A stretch of DNA of 64,000 nucleotides, from positions 105,622-169,621 of IMG/VR virus record IMGVR_UViG_3300047200_000500; one strand, given 5' to 3'. This DNA is from a virus. Under the pieces are notes generated by a model. That model did not search any database. It was not told the DNA's origin and saw only the letters and a program-made list of their open reading frames with translations. How positions within the stretch are numbered: position 1 is the stretch's first letter; the number at the start of each line of letters is the position of its first letter. Positions 28,974 through 38,585 of the stretch are shown piece after piece. A program made the position numbers and the translations under genes.

Positions 28974-29891
28974 ATGAACTTGTTAATAGACTCATATAAC
29001 ATAATCAATAAAGCAGTTGAATTTTTACGTAAATCAAATGGTTCACCAAAAGTTTTAATGAAGATTTATGGAAATCTTGGGGATAGCACTAATGCAACTG
29101 CTATCGCAAAGCATTATAAATTAAAGTATCCAAATTGTGTGATCGCATTTGTTACCAAAAATCTTTATTTAAATGCTTATGAATTAAATAAAGATTTTGA
29201 TGCGATATTTGGACTTCCTATTGGTTTGAATCCACAGGAAAGAATAAAAAATGGTGAATATATAACAAATAATTTTAATGATGTAGATTTTAGATTGTGT
29301 CCTGCTGTTTTTCCATTTGGTGAAGTGTGGAACACTCATGCTTGGTCACTACCTGCAATATCTCATCAATTTTTTTCCAATGCTAAAATCATTGTTAGTG
29401 AAATGCTTGGAGATAGGAAATTAAACATACCGGTTTCTGATGAAGATCTTAAATTTGCAAATGAATTTATAAAAAATAAAAGATGTATAGGTATCGAATA
29501 TGTCAGTTATTCTCACACGCCATTTTGGAAATATACTGATTTTATAAATTTTGTGAAACTGATGAAAAATAATGGTATTGAATCAATAACATTTGCTGGA
29601 ACTAATGAAGGTTTAATACCTGGAACAATGGATGGTCGTGGAATGTCTTGGAGAAGGACTGTTGCAACACTGTCTAAATGTAAATATATGATTGGAATAG
29701 GATCGGGCATAACAATGTTGGCAACTGCTGCTAGACCGACCCCGGCAATCATTGAACTTGGCGTATCAAGTTCTATTTCCATGACATCATGTGGATATGG
29801 TACAAGCCATAATCTTAGTTGTGGCCCAGACGATGCAGCCGCATATATAATGAATGCTGAAAGAAATGAGCAACTTAAAGGAAAAACATGA
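28974..29891 (+). CDS. GT-B glycosyltransferase (GT9-like), paralogue of neighbour
   Basis: NLGD...T....YK.KYP...I.F.T; MIGIGSG...LA.A; N-terminus parallels 28055 gene. Confidence 0.7.
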   Translation: MNLLIDSYNIINKAVEFLRKSNGSPKVLMKIYGNLGDSTNATAIAKHYKLKYPNCVIAFVTKNLYLNAYELNKDFDAIFGLPIGLNPQERIKNGEYITNNFNDVDFRLCPAVFPFGEVWNTHAWSLPAISHQFFSNAKIIVSEMLGDRKLNIPVSDEDLKFANEFIKNKRCIGIEYVSYSHTPFWKYTDFINFVKLMKNNGIESITFAGTNEGLIPGTMDGRGMSWRRTVATLSKCKYMIGIGSGITMLATAARPTPAIIELGVSSSISMTSCGYGTSHNLSCGPDDAAAYIMNAERNEQLKGKT

Positions 29892-30370
29892 ATTTAATCT
29901 ATGCTCAGGAGGCTGAAACTCTCTTATGTCAACAATATCTTGAAAATGATGGAGAAGAGTTTCCAAGATTGCCATATGCAAAGCTTGGTGAATATTTAGA
30001 TACAGGTGACATAAAGAAGATTTGGATATTTCCAGATATTTCCAAATCATTTAAAAATGTCAAAATAAATGACAATAAAATGATAATGCCATATAAATAT
30101 TATGTGACTAGTGGTGAAGCTGTAAAGAAAACAGAAGTTTTAATAAGTGATATCAAAGAAATCATTAGTCATTCGTTAAAACCAAACATTTTAGATGAAA
30201 TTACAACATTGTTGATAGATTTGGATGAGTTTTATAACATGCTGTTATCAACAAGAGGCCCAGCGAAATATCTTGAATTAACCAAATGTGAAGATGGTAT
30301 ATATAATGGAAATATTTGCGCAAGAAAAAATCCGAAAAAGAAGAAAGAGGAAGAATTAATAGATGAATAA
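29888..30370 (+). CDS. hypothetical protein
   Basis: 160 aa, coupled, AAGGA SD. Confidence 0.55.
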   Translation: MNLIYAQEAETLLCQQYLENDGEEFPRLPYAKLGEYLDTGDIKKIWIFPDISKSFKNVKINDNKMIMPYKYYVTSGEAVKKTEVLISDIKEIISHSLKPNILDEITTLLIDLDEFYNMLLSTRGPAKYLELTKCEDGIYNGNICARKNPKKKKEEELIDE

Positions 30371-30581
30371 CACATCATTACAATTAACCAATGCGACTTC
30401 TCAATATGTTCTTAAATTATTGGAAGGTGTTCAAATGAAAGATAGAAGCATTGTTTGGAATCAAGTATATAGAGATGTTAGGAGAGCTAGTGATATATGG
30501 TCTAAGATTGATAAAGAAAATAAACTTTTTCTTGAAATGAATAAAAATAAATCAAAACCTACTTCTACTAATAAAATATAA
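30363..30581 (+). CDS. hypothetical protein
   Basis: 72 aa, overlapping previous stop. Confidence 0.5.
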   Translation: MNNTSLQLTNATSQYVLKLLEGVQMKDRSIVWNQVYRDVRRASDIWSKIDKENKLFLEMNKNKSKPTSTNKI

Positions 30582-30605
30582 CTAAGCATATATCAGGACA
30601 CCCAC

Positions 30606-32327
30606 ATGCCAACCATTAATCCAAGTTTAATCCCAACTGTAAATCCAGGATCATTATTTAATATCTTGACTACTAATAATAGTCTGGCAGTTCGTTGGCT
30701 TACTGCTGCCGATCCTCATTATTTTGATGTTTACAATAGACCAATGGCTGACATTTTAGTCAGACAATTGATTATAGCTAAGACAGTTGATCAAGTAGGT
30801 CTTAGACTTAGCCATCAGGGACTTTTTCCATTTCTTGTTAACCCTACTGTTAATGTCGGAACTTCTAAACTTTCTCTTCCAGTGTCATGGATATGGGATA
30901 GTCACGTTTCTTTAAGAGACACATATCGCTCAGTAAGACTTGCTAAAATTATTAGAATCAATGGTGTAAGTGGTGGGACAGGAAGTGGTGGGACAGGAAG
31001 CACAACAGGAACATTTAGATTGGTATTTACTGGGATACCATTTGGTGGATCTTCAGAAATTGGTTTATTCTATGTTGATTACATAATTGATAGCACATTA
31101 TCGTTCCAAATAGTTTATGTTTCACCGTGCACTTCTACTGAATTTAATCCATCAATCTCACCAACTGAATATCAAACAATTGCTGGTTATATCATATTTA
31201 GAACTCTTGATACAGAATTGGAAGCTGCATTTATTGATGCATTAGCTCCATCTATCACTTCTGGCGGATTTGTTGCATATGATATGTCAGATACAGAAAT
31301 TGGTGGTTCTGGCGTTGATGGCGATTATACATTCCCAGCAGTGATTCATGGAACTGGGTTGTTAGTTGTTAGTGCATATAACTTAGTGCCACCAATGGGC
31401 ATTGATTATGAATCAATTTTAAATTCATTGGGATATCCATGGAGAATTGGTGCTAACCTTAGTTCAGTAGATGGTACTTCAAATGGAGTCATCACAATAC
31501 CATCTGGAATGTTTGATCAATTCACTTTATCTGCCCCAGTAGGCGATCGTGATTCTCAAGTCTTGGAAGATAATTTCCCGGTGCTTTGCACTAGGGTTAG
31601 AAGGCTTGACCCAGCTTCTAATAATCTTGAGTTTGTATTTTCGACATATAACACTATTATCGGTAGCAATAATAAAGAATTGATTGAATTTGCTACTCTT
31701 ACATTAAATCGCAGCAATACACCAGGTACATTAATAGAAATAGTTCCGTTTAAAAATTTGAGAAACAATACTGATCCCGATTCTGCCACATTTGCTCAAA
31801 ATTTTGGATCTGGATATGTAATACTCAGTAGCATATGGGCTACAAGTAATGTAGTTGCACAATTTTTTGATTCATTCTTATCTATTATAAATGACCCTGC
31901 TGATAGATTGTTTAATGCTAATCTTGGCGAATTTGCACTGCACCGTGCACCAATGCAGGTTCCTACACTTGGCGAATCGTCTGCTTTAGCTGGATCGACA
32001 TCAAGAAGACAAAACCCAATTCACCCATCTGATAATAACAGATATATTTGTGAATCTGATCAAGGTATAGGCGATGCAGTTGATTTAATCGCAAATGGGT
32101 TCACAGAAAATTCCGATATAGATAATTTTGGATATACTGGATCTCTTTGTCGTAGAAGTATAGTGTTAAGAGTTAATTCAGCAAATGATGCTAATTTTGA
32201 TTATGATAAAGATATCCTGCCAAGATTGAGAAAATTGCTTGGAAGAGATCCAATACATGCAGATGAATGGTTTGATGGTGTAGTTTGGAAAAGATTCGAC
32301 AGCCTTAGCGGCACTTGGATAGGTTAA
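30606..32327 (+). CDS. probable virion (tail/baseplate) protein
   Basis: 573 aa, beta-rich G/S/T composition, among fibre genes, late motif upstream. Confidence 0.55.
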   Translation: MPTINPSLIPTVNPGSLFNILTTNNSLAVRWLTAADPHYFDVYNRPMADILVRQLIIAKTVDQVGLRLSHQGLFPFLVNPTVNVGTSKLSLPVSWIWDSHVSLRDTYRSVRLAKIIRINGVSGGTGSGGTGSTTGTFRLVFTGIPFGGSSEIGLFYVDYIIDSTLSFQIVYVSPCTSTEFNPSISPTEYQTIAGYIIFRTLDTELEAAFIDALAPSITSGGFVAYDMSDTEIGGSGVDGDYTFPAVIHGTGLLVVSAYNLVPPMGIDYESILNSLGYPWRIGANLSSVDGTSNGVITIPSGMFDQFTLSAPVGDRDSQVLEDNFPVLCTRVRRLDPASNNLEFVFSTYNTIIGSNNKELIEFATLTLNRSNTPGTLIEIVPFKNLRNNTDPDSATFAQNFGSGYVILSSIWATSNVVAQFFDSFLSIINDPADRLFNANLGEFALHRAPMQVPTLGESSALAGSTSRRQNPIHPSDNNRYICESDQGIGDAVDLIANGFTENSDIDNFGYTGSLCRRSIVLRVNSANDANFDYDKDILPRLRKLLGRDPIHADEWFDGVVWKRFDSLSGTWIG

Positions 32328-32351
32328 TAAATTTATTCAATAAAAATTAAA

Positions 32352-32371
32352 CCAACCCCAAATGGGGTTGG
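32352..32371. terminator. GC-rich intergenic hairpin
   Basis: CCAACCCC-aaat-GGGGTTGG; A-rich 5' flank. Confidence 0.5.
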
Positions 32372-32410
32372 CATATAATCGTTAGTTTGGTTGTATATCA
32401 AATTTATAAT

Positions 32411-33319
32411 ATGGCTGAACCAAGTTTAACAAATTCTGATTACACACAATTAATAAAAGCCTGGGGCGAATTACGCGACAGTGCTATATGGGCAGCTGTT
32501 ATTGTAGGAATAACAGTGGCAGCTTGTTTTATTGTTTATTACGTGATACAATATAAAAAAGCTAAATCAGCCCAAGATGCAAAAAACGATAGAGCGCATA
32601 GAATAACGTCATCTAATGATAAAGTAAGTGATTCGTTACAAACAATTAGTAATTCAATGGTCGAATTATCGGCAAGCATGAATAATCATAAAAAATCAGA
32701 AGAAGAAATTATATGGCCAGTAATAGAAGGTCTTAGATCTGATGTGAAAGAATTAGCAAACAGAGTCTCTGGCACATTAGATATTAATGATAGTCTAGGC
32801 ATAATAAGAATAGTATTCTTTAAAGCTGTATATTTTGAAATTCGTGATTATTTTAATGAATTGTTATATACTAAAGAGTCTGATTTTAAAACTAGAGAAC
32901 AGTACATTGCTGATAAAGCTAGAACTAATGTTGGTGAAGTATTGACCAAATATAAAAACATTTTATCTAATTTTAAATTATCAGTTAATTACAATTTATT
33001 TTTTAGAGTCGATTCAACTGAATATAAAGAAAGATATATATTAGTTGATATAATATGGTCTGAAACCAGAGACTATTTCACATCTCAGTTAAAAGCTGAA
33101 CAAAAAGTAGAAGAATGTTCATTAAAATTATTTAACACTATTAAAGATTACATTAATACTATTATCTCTGAAATGAATGAAAACGTGCATGATAAAAGAA
33201 AATCTGAAAGTTTTGAAAAACAACCGGCTGCAATTACTCCTGCTCCTAGAGCAGCTATTAGAATGGATTCTAAAATATTTGCTACACCACTTCCATCTAA
33301 GATTGATAAACCAATATAA
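32411..33319 (+). CDS. single-pass membrane protein (holin-like candidate)
   Basis: N-terminal TM AIWAAVIVGITVAACFIVYYVI then helical domain; ATG 32411 follows CAAATTTA. Confidence 0.5.
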   Translation: MAEPSLTNSDYTQLIKAWGELRDSAIWAAVIVGITVAACFIVYYVIQYKKAKSAQDAKNDRAHRITSSNDKVSDSLQTISNSMVELSASMNNHKKSEEEIIWPVIEGLRSDVKELANRVSGTLDINDSLGIIRIVFFKAVYFEIRDYFNELLYTKESDFKTREQYIADKARTNVGEVLTKYKNILSNFKLSVNYNLFFRVDSTEYKERYILVDIIWSETRDYFTSQLKAEQKVEECSLKLFNTIKDYINTIISEMNENVHDKRKSESFEKQPAAITPAPRAAIRMDSKIFATPLPSKIDKPI

Positions 33320-33356
33320 TTTTTTATTTAATAATAATTTCAAATATATATAGAAT

Positions 33357-35216
33357 ATGAGCACCATTGAGTTACCGATTGTCCCATTTGATGGGATGAA
33401 GTTTATTGATTCATGGAGACGTGAATGGGAATATAATCTTGATACAGTATCATGGATTTTCAGAGGATATGTACCAAATATACCAGTTGCTGATGAAAAT
33501 ACTATAGGGTTGCTTAGTTCTAATCTTAAATCTTTACTTGACTCTATACCAGAAAAAGCTGGCGGATTTGGAATATTAACAAAATATTCATTTGGTAAAG
33601 TATCTGGAAATGGTTTTAATGGTTTAATGACAGGTGATATAGTTTTAAAGTCTAATACTTTAGATATAAAATGTAGGGATCAAAATGGTAAACTGATAAC
33701 TAAAACATGTGCTTCTCCTGTTAGTTCTCCAGAAATAAATAAAATCCCTTCAATAGACATAAATTTTGGGGAAGATTTTCTAAATTCAATATGCATAGAA
33801 ATACCTGGAAGTAAAGGACCCAAAGGAATTCAAGGTCAGCCTGGATTAGATGGAGAAGATGGCTTTGGGGATGGACCGCAAGGACTTAAAGGCAATCCAG
33901 GTAAAGACGCAACTGGAATATCAGAAGTAGATTCGGTAACAATCGAAATAGACGAATCTTTTTATGATACCGCTGTAGTAAATGTGGAACTTGACCAGCA
34001 AAATTCAATATTATCAATAACTAAAGCTAAATTAGCTGTACCAGATGATAATACACCAGCTGATCAATTTGTTGTGATGCCAATAATTAGAAGTTTAGAA
34101 TGGACCAATGGACTAAATTATAATATTGTACAACCAAGTAATGAAAATTTAAGTCTTGAAGCTAATGTTAGTGTTCTTGCTTATCCAAAAGATTTTGACC
34201 CAAACATAGCTAATTCTAATTCAGAAATTTCTAGAAAATCATTATCAAGTTTTGTTGATCAGATAATAAACAATTATCAAACAATATATAATGGATACAT
34301 TACAGAATATGATAAAGAAATAAAAGATTATTTTTTTGCTAAAGATGACGAAGCTAGGAAAGCACTTGATTCATTAGTTTCCGAATTAGCAAGTAAACAA
34401 TTTGGTGAAACCTTCGAATATTGCATGGGATTGGCCGATAATGGTATATGTGGACAAAAACCTAGAAGAGATTTAGGAGAATATTTAATAAAATTTGCAA
34501 TAGTTCAAATAACACCATTTGTTCAAGAAATTTTAAATGCCCTTTATGCAATTGCACAATGTGCTTGTTCAGCCGCTGCAGCAGCTTCTGTGAAACCAAC
34601 CTTACTTGAATCAAGTACTTTGAATGATATATCAAGTAATATTATTGCCAATATTGCCAGTAACAATAATGTCAATATACAAGAATTAAAAATCGGATCT
34701 CCAATGGGTCAGTCTGATTTATGCAATTTTATACCTCAAATATTAGAAGCGTGCGGCCAATTATCTAATGAAACATGTCAAGCTTCTAGTAGCAAATTAT
34801 TGGCTAAAATAGATCTTAAGCCTGGAGATGTGTTTAACATTAAGAATGATGGAGAGAAAAACATCCTATCGAGAGGAGTGTATTTGATCCAATATATAAA
34901 TGGAGCAATTATTGATGAATCACAAAAAGACAATGGATTCGTTGTTGGTTCTGGGATTATTGATAGTGGGTTGGTTTTGAATATTGAAAGTAAATCTACT
35001 ATTACAAGAATACCGATGCCGATGTCTTCACAAATATCGAATCCGCTTGATAAGAGCAATGTAATTAATTCTTATCTTACGGGTCCATTAACAGAAATGG
35101 TTATCGGAGTACTAGCTGAAACTGGCGATAAGGTATGGGTAGAATTCGTAACTAAAAATATGAGTAGTTCAAGTGGGTCACTTAGTTTATATGTCAAATA
35201 TTGTGCAAGGTGCTAA
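33357..35216 (+). CDS. tail fibre protein with collagen-like repeat
   Basis: LP..P.DG..W.Y..W N-domain, GLLS motif, Gly-X-Y run ~33807-33910. Confidence 0.7.
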   Translation: MSTIELPIVPFDGMKFIDSWRREWEYNLDTVSWIFRGYVPNIPVADENTIGLLSSNLKSLLDSIPEKAGGFGILTKYSFGKVSGNGFNGLMTGDIVLKSNTLDIKCRDQNGKLITKTCASPVSSPEINKIPSIDINFGEDFLNSICIEIPGSKGPKGIQGQPGLDGEDGFGDGPQGLKGNPGKDATGISEVDSVTIEIDESFYDTAVVNVELDQQNSILSITKAKLAVPDDNTPADQFVVMPIIRSLEWTNGLNYNIVQPSNENLSLEANVSVLAYPKDFDPNIANSNSEISRKSLSSFVDQIINNYQTIYNGYITEYDKEIKDYFFAKDDEARKALDSLVSELASKQFGETFEYCMGLADNGICGQKPRRDLGEYLIKFAIVQITPFVQEILNALYAIAQCACSAAAAASVKPTLLESSTLNDISSNIIANIASNNNVNIQELKIGSPMGQSDLCNFIPQILEACGQLSNETCQASSSKLLAKIDLKPGDVFNIKNDGEKNILSRGVYLIQYINGAIIDESQKDNGFVVGSGIIDSGLVLNIESKSTITRIPMPMSSQISNPLDKSNVINSYLTGPLTEMVIGVLAETGDKVWVEFVTKNMSSSSGSLSLYVKYCARC

Positions 35217-37958
35217 ATGAATAATATAGTATTTCCACCTAATCCATCTGATGGAGATGTCTTTGAATATACTGATGGCGTATATTTTCAATATAGTAGC
35301 ACCACTAAGACATGGAAAAAAGTTGTTGGATTATCAAATGTGCCGATGGCAAGTGTTAATAATGATGGATTAATGTCAAAAGATGACTTTATTAAGCTGC
35401 AATCATTAATTATTCCACCTCCTCAAGTCAGTTTAACTGCTGATTCATGCAATACTACTTTTAAAGAGGGAATGGTTAAAATAGAAAGTTCTAATAATGA
35501 TTTAAATATTGTTAGTAATCTTGATGTTTTTAATAAAACTGAAAAAGAAAAAGTCGATTTTATAATTCATGAAAATACCTTTGGTATTGATTTTTCGATA
35601 AACATCAACAGATTAATTGAAGAACTTGAATCACGTAATAAGATCACATATAGATCAACCCAGGGTGATCAAGGTGACCAGGGTGAAAGGGGAAACCCTG
35701 GACGCGATAGGATAGAAACTGGCCCACGTGGGCAAAAAGGTGATGATGGCAAAAATGCCCCATTTCCTGGCACATTAGTTCAAGATTTTACAACAATAGA
35801 TCAAACTAAAATTAAAAAAGTAGTTGTTGATATTAAAAATGACCCAAATAATCCAAAAAACATAATAGTTGTTTTTGGTAATGTTGGTAATTTATCAGCT
35901 TGCCCAAATAGAGTTAATTGGAAAAACAAAAAAACTCCATGGATTGTTGCATTAAAAGAAAATGTCGGGCCTTGTTTCTTGCCAGCAGGTTGCAGAGGCG
36001 TTTGCTCAACTGAACTTTATTATGTTGACACAACAACAATTCAAGAACAGATACAAGAAAGGTTTATAGAATTATTACTTGCTGCTAAAACAGAAAGAGA
36101 GACTTTGGCCAAAAATTGGCTAAATTCAATGATTCAAATGTTTAATTCGCAAAAGCAAGCAGTTTGTTGCGCTATTGAAGCAATTGATAGCAAGAGTAAG
36201 AATCAGGACATAAGAAACATTTGGTCAACTGGTAGATATGCGGCAGCGCAATCAATGTATGCGTTTACTATTACAAGCGATGGTGCCCCAAAATATCCAA
36301 GAGCAGACCCACAGAATACACCAAATGATTTCTTACCTGGATCAAGCGGTAGTAATCAACAAGGTGGTGCCATTTTAAATGGTACTGATCCAAATACATT
36401 TAAATGCCAGGAATGTTTCCTTATTGTTGATTTATTAAGTTATAATGTCGGACAGTCGAGACCAATTAATATAGACTTACCAGCTGGTGATTATATTTCA
36501 ACTATAATTCAATGCTGCCCACAATTTGATAGATCTGGATATTCAGGAAGATATAGTGTTAAATTTAGTGATGTTGATAGTAGTGGAAATATTACCAGTT
36601 TATACACATCTAATGATTATGGATATTTAGATATGGCGGCAGCAAGTGCTGCTTATATTGGTGATAATTTATCATTTAAACATCAGGGTGGTGTAGCAAG
36701 CTTCTATTTGAATCCACCACCGCCAAATGGTAGTGCTGTTAGTCTTAATGGTGGAGTTAGATTGTGCGTACAATTAGCTAAATGTTTTGAAAACCCGAGT
36801 AATGTCACAAGCGGATCTAATGTCACTATTTCTGATTTGCTTTCTTCTTATGTGAGAGCTTCACATGCTGAATTTTATGAACGTGGTTGGAGAATAGGAA
36901 ATGCATGCGCTGCTCATACTTCTGTTTTTGGAACTCAATTCATAGTTGTATACAGGAGCTTGGGTACTGATACTAGTTGTGGAGGTGGTGAGTATTCAAC
37001 AACACCATTTATTAAATATTTCCAGGATAACTTGGATGAGCATGTTGCTATTGCTTGGCCAACAATAGACGGTGATGGATTCTTTGGATTGCCGAGAGAC
37101 GATGGAAGATTAAGAATAAAATTAGTATATGATAAAGATTTATCAGATATAATAGTAAATAATATTAATAATGATGTTATATTTAAGAAAATAGGAGATC
37201 CTAAATCAGTTATTAAGAAAGTTGTTGTACCAATACTTGACCAAACTAATCTTACATCTGGTGGTCCAGATCCGTCAGTGTCTCCAGATTATGAATTAGT
37301 TAAAGCTCCTGGAATAATGTGGTCATTTAATACTTCTATAAATGCCAAGATGATTGATAGTGGTGCGATACTCCCACAAAATAAATACCCAGTTACTAGT
37401 TTATATCCCGATTCAGATATAGAAATTGCTTCTGGATCATTATCATCCCGTGGTATCGAAATAAGAGCTTTAAGTGGAACATTGCCAACCAGAATGAGAG
37501 CGATATCATTCTGGTTTAATGCTGTAAATGCCCAATCGAGTTTCTCAATAACTATTGGTTCTGTATTAAGTGGAATATTTAAATATGCTCTTCTTGTTAA
37601 AGTTTACGATTATGTTGGCTTAAATGTTAGACAAGTTGAAATTTTATCATATACTAATCAGGACAATGCTGTTGAAGGTTCAACCGATTATGCTAAAATA
37701 ACCATTCCAAATAATGCCTGGGTTCATATAGTTGCAAACAGAGTAAGCGATCAATATGTTGAAATTTATGTAAATGGGGTTAAAAATGGGATTATAGGAC
37801 CACTTAATGATGAAAGTTCTTGGGTAAATCAATCAACAGTGTCAGATGTAATAAATTCAACAGCTGGATCTTTATTGGATCAGGTTAGATTATATAATGA
37901 CACAATGACAGTAGACATGATTTCAGCTTTGTATCGTATTGGCAGGAACGCTAATTGA
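35217..37958 (+). CDS. tail fibre protein with collagen-like repeat and C-terminal LamG/ConA-like domain
   Basis: FPPNPSDGD..Y...W, GLMSKDD..KL, Gly-X-Y ~35663-35760, ISFWF..WVHIV..IYVNG..LDQVRLYN. Confidence 0.75.
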   Translation: MNNIVFPPNPSDGDVFEYTDGVYFQYSSTTKTWKKVVGLSNVPMASVNNDGLMSKDDFIKLQSLIIPPPQVSLTADSCNTTFKEGMVKIESSNNDLNIVSNLDVFNKTEKEKVDFIIHENTFGIDFSININRLIEELESRNKITYRSTQGDQGDQGERGNPGRDRIETGPRGQKGDDGKNAPFPGTLVQDFTTIDQTKIKKVVVDIKNDPNNPKNIIVVFGNVGNLSACPNRVNWKNKKTPWIVALKENVGPCFLPAGCRGVCSTELYYVDTTTIQEQIQERFIELLLAAKTERETLAKNWLNSMIQMFNSQKQAVCCAIEAIDSKSKNQDIRNIWSTGRYAAAQSMYAFTITSDGAPKYPRADPQNTPNDFLPGSSGSNQQGGAILNGTDPNTFKCQECFLIVDLLSYNVGQSRPINIDLPAGDYISTIIQCCPQFDRSGYSGRYSVKFSDVDSSGNITSLYTSNDYGYLDMAAASAAYIGDNLSFKHQGGVASFYLNPPPPNGSAVSLNGGVRLCVQLAKCFENPSNVTSGSNVTISDLLSSYVRASHAEFYERGWRIGNACAAHTSVFGTQFIVVYRSLGTDTSCGGGEYSTTPFIKYFQDNLDEHVAIAWPTIDGDGFFGLPRDDGRLRIKLVYDKDLSDIIVNNINNDVIFKKIGDPKSVIKKVVVPILDQTNLTSGGPDPSVSPDYELVKAPGIMWSFNTSINAKMIDSGAILPQNKYPVTSLYPDSDIEIASGSLSSRGIEIRALSGTLPTRMRAISFWFNAVNAQSSFSITIGSVLSGIFKYALLVKVYDYVGLNVRQVEILSYTNQDNAVEGSTDYAKITIPNNAWVHIVANRVSDQYVEIYVNGVKNGIIGPLNDESSWVNQSTVSDVINSTAGSLLDQVRLYNDTMTVDMISALYRIGRNAN

Positions 37959-37960
37959 TA

Positions 37961-37967
37961 GTATTTT
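37961..37967 (+). promoter_or_regulatory. putative middle promoter GTATTT (example)
   Basis: GTATTT begins exactly 13 nt before ATG at 15708, 37974, 57184, 5363(-); 14 nt at 57139(-). Confidence 0.55.
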
Positions 37968-37973
37968 AATTTT

Positions 37974-38585
37974 ATGAAAATAGATGTAACTAGGTTTTGT
38001 GGTCTTTCTAGAAGAGATGATTTTCAAAATTGGCTGAAATCTATTTCTAATGAATATTATAATGAATTAATTTATTTTCTTAGACTTGGAAAATCATGTG
38101 GTAGCAATAAAGAAAAAATGGAAGAAATATATAGTAAATTGGTCAAGGATAAAAAATCAAATTTGATGATCGATTTTTTAATTAAAAATTATCCACATAT
38201 GATAATTTATGATAAGAATGATGCCACAAGTAAAATTGTAGAAGTTCCCCAAAATGATAAACAAATGGTTTTAAGTAATGATAAACAAATGGTTTTAAGT
38301 AATGATGAATTAAATCATCATAAAGTATTCCAAAAATATAAACCTGGGTTATTATTAATACCACATCAAATGATTTTTATTGATGATAATGGGCGTTCTT
38401 TAGAAAACAGAATTATAGAGTTCACAAGAACTAAAATCCAAACTGATTATGTGATTTTACAAGGCCCAAAATTTTACCATGGTTACATAGAATATTTTGA
38501 AAAAGAATTTGCATCAGAGGCTTTTAAATTACCAAGCCACAATAGACCAATATTTATTTATAAGAAAAATAATAATTTAAGATAA
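37974..38585 (+). CDS. hypothetical protein
   Basis: 203 aa; GTATTT motif upstream. Confidence 0.55.
   Translation: MKIDVTRFCGLSRRDDFQNWLKSISNEYYNELIYFLRLGKSCGSNKEKMEEIYSKLVKDKKSNLMIDFLIKNYPHMIIYDKNDATSKIVEVPQNDKQMVLSNDKQMVLSNDELNHHKVFQKYKPGLLLIPHQMIFIDDNGRSLENRIIEFTRTKIQTDYVILQGPKFYHGYIEYFEKEFASEAFKLPSHNRPIFIYKKNNNLR
38253..38300 (+). repeat. perfect 24-bp tandem duplication (NDKQMVLS x2)
   Basis: AATGATAAACAAATGGTTTTAAGT twice. Confidence 0.9.
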
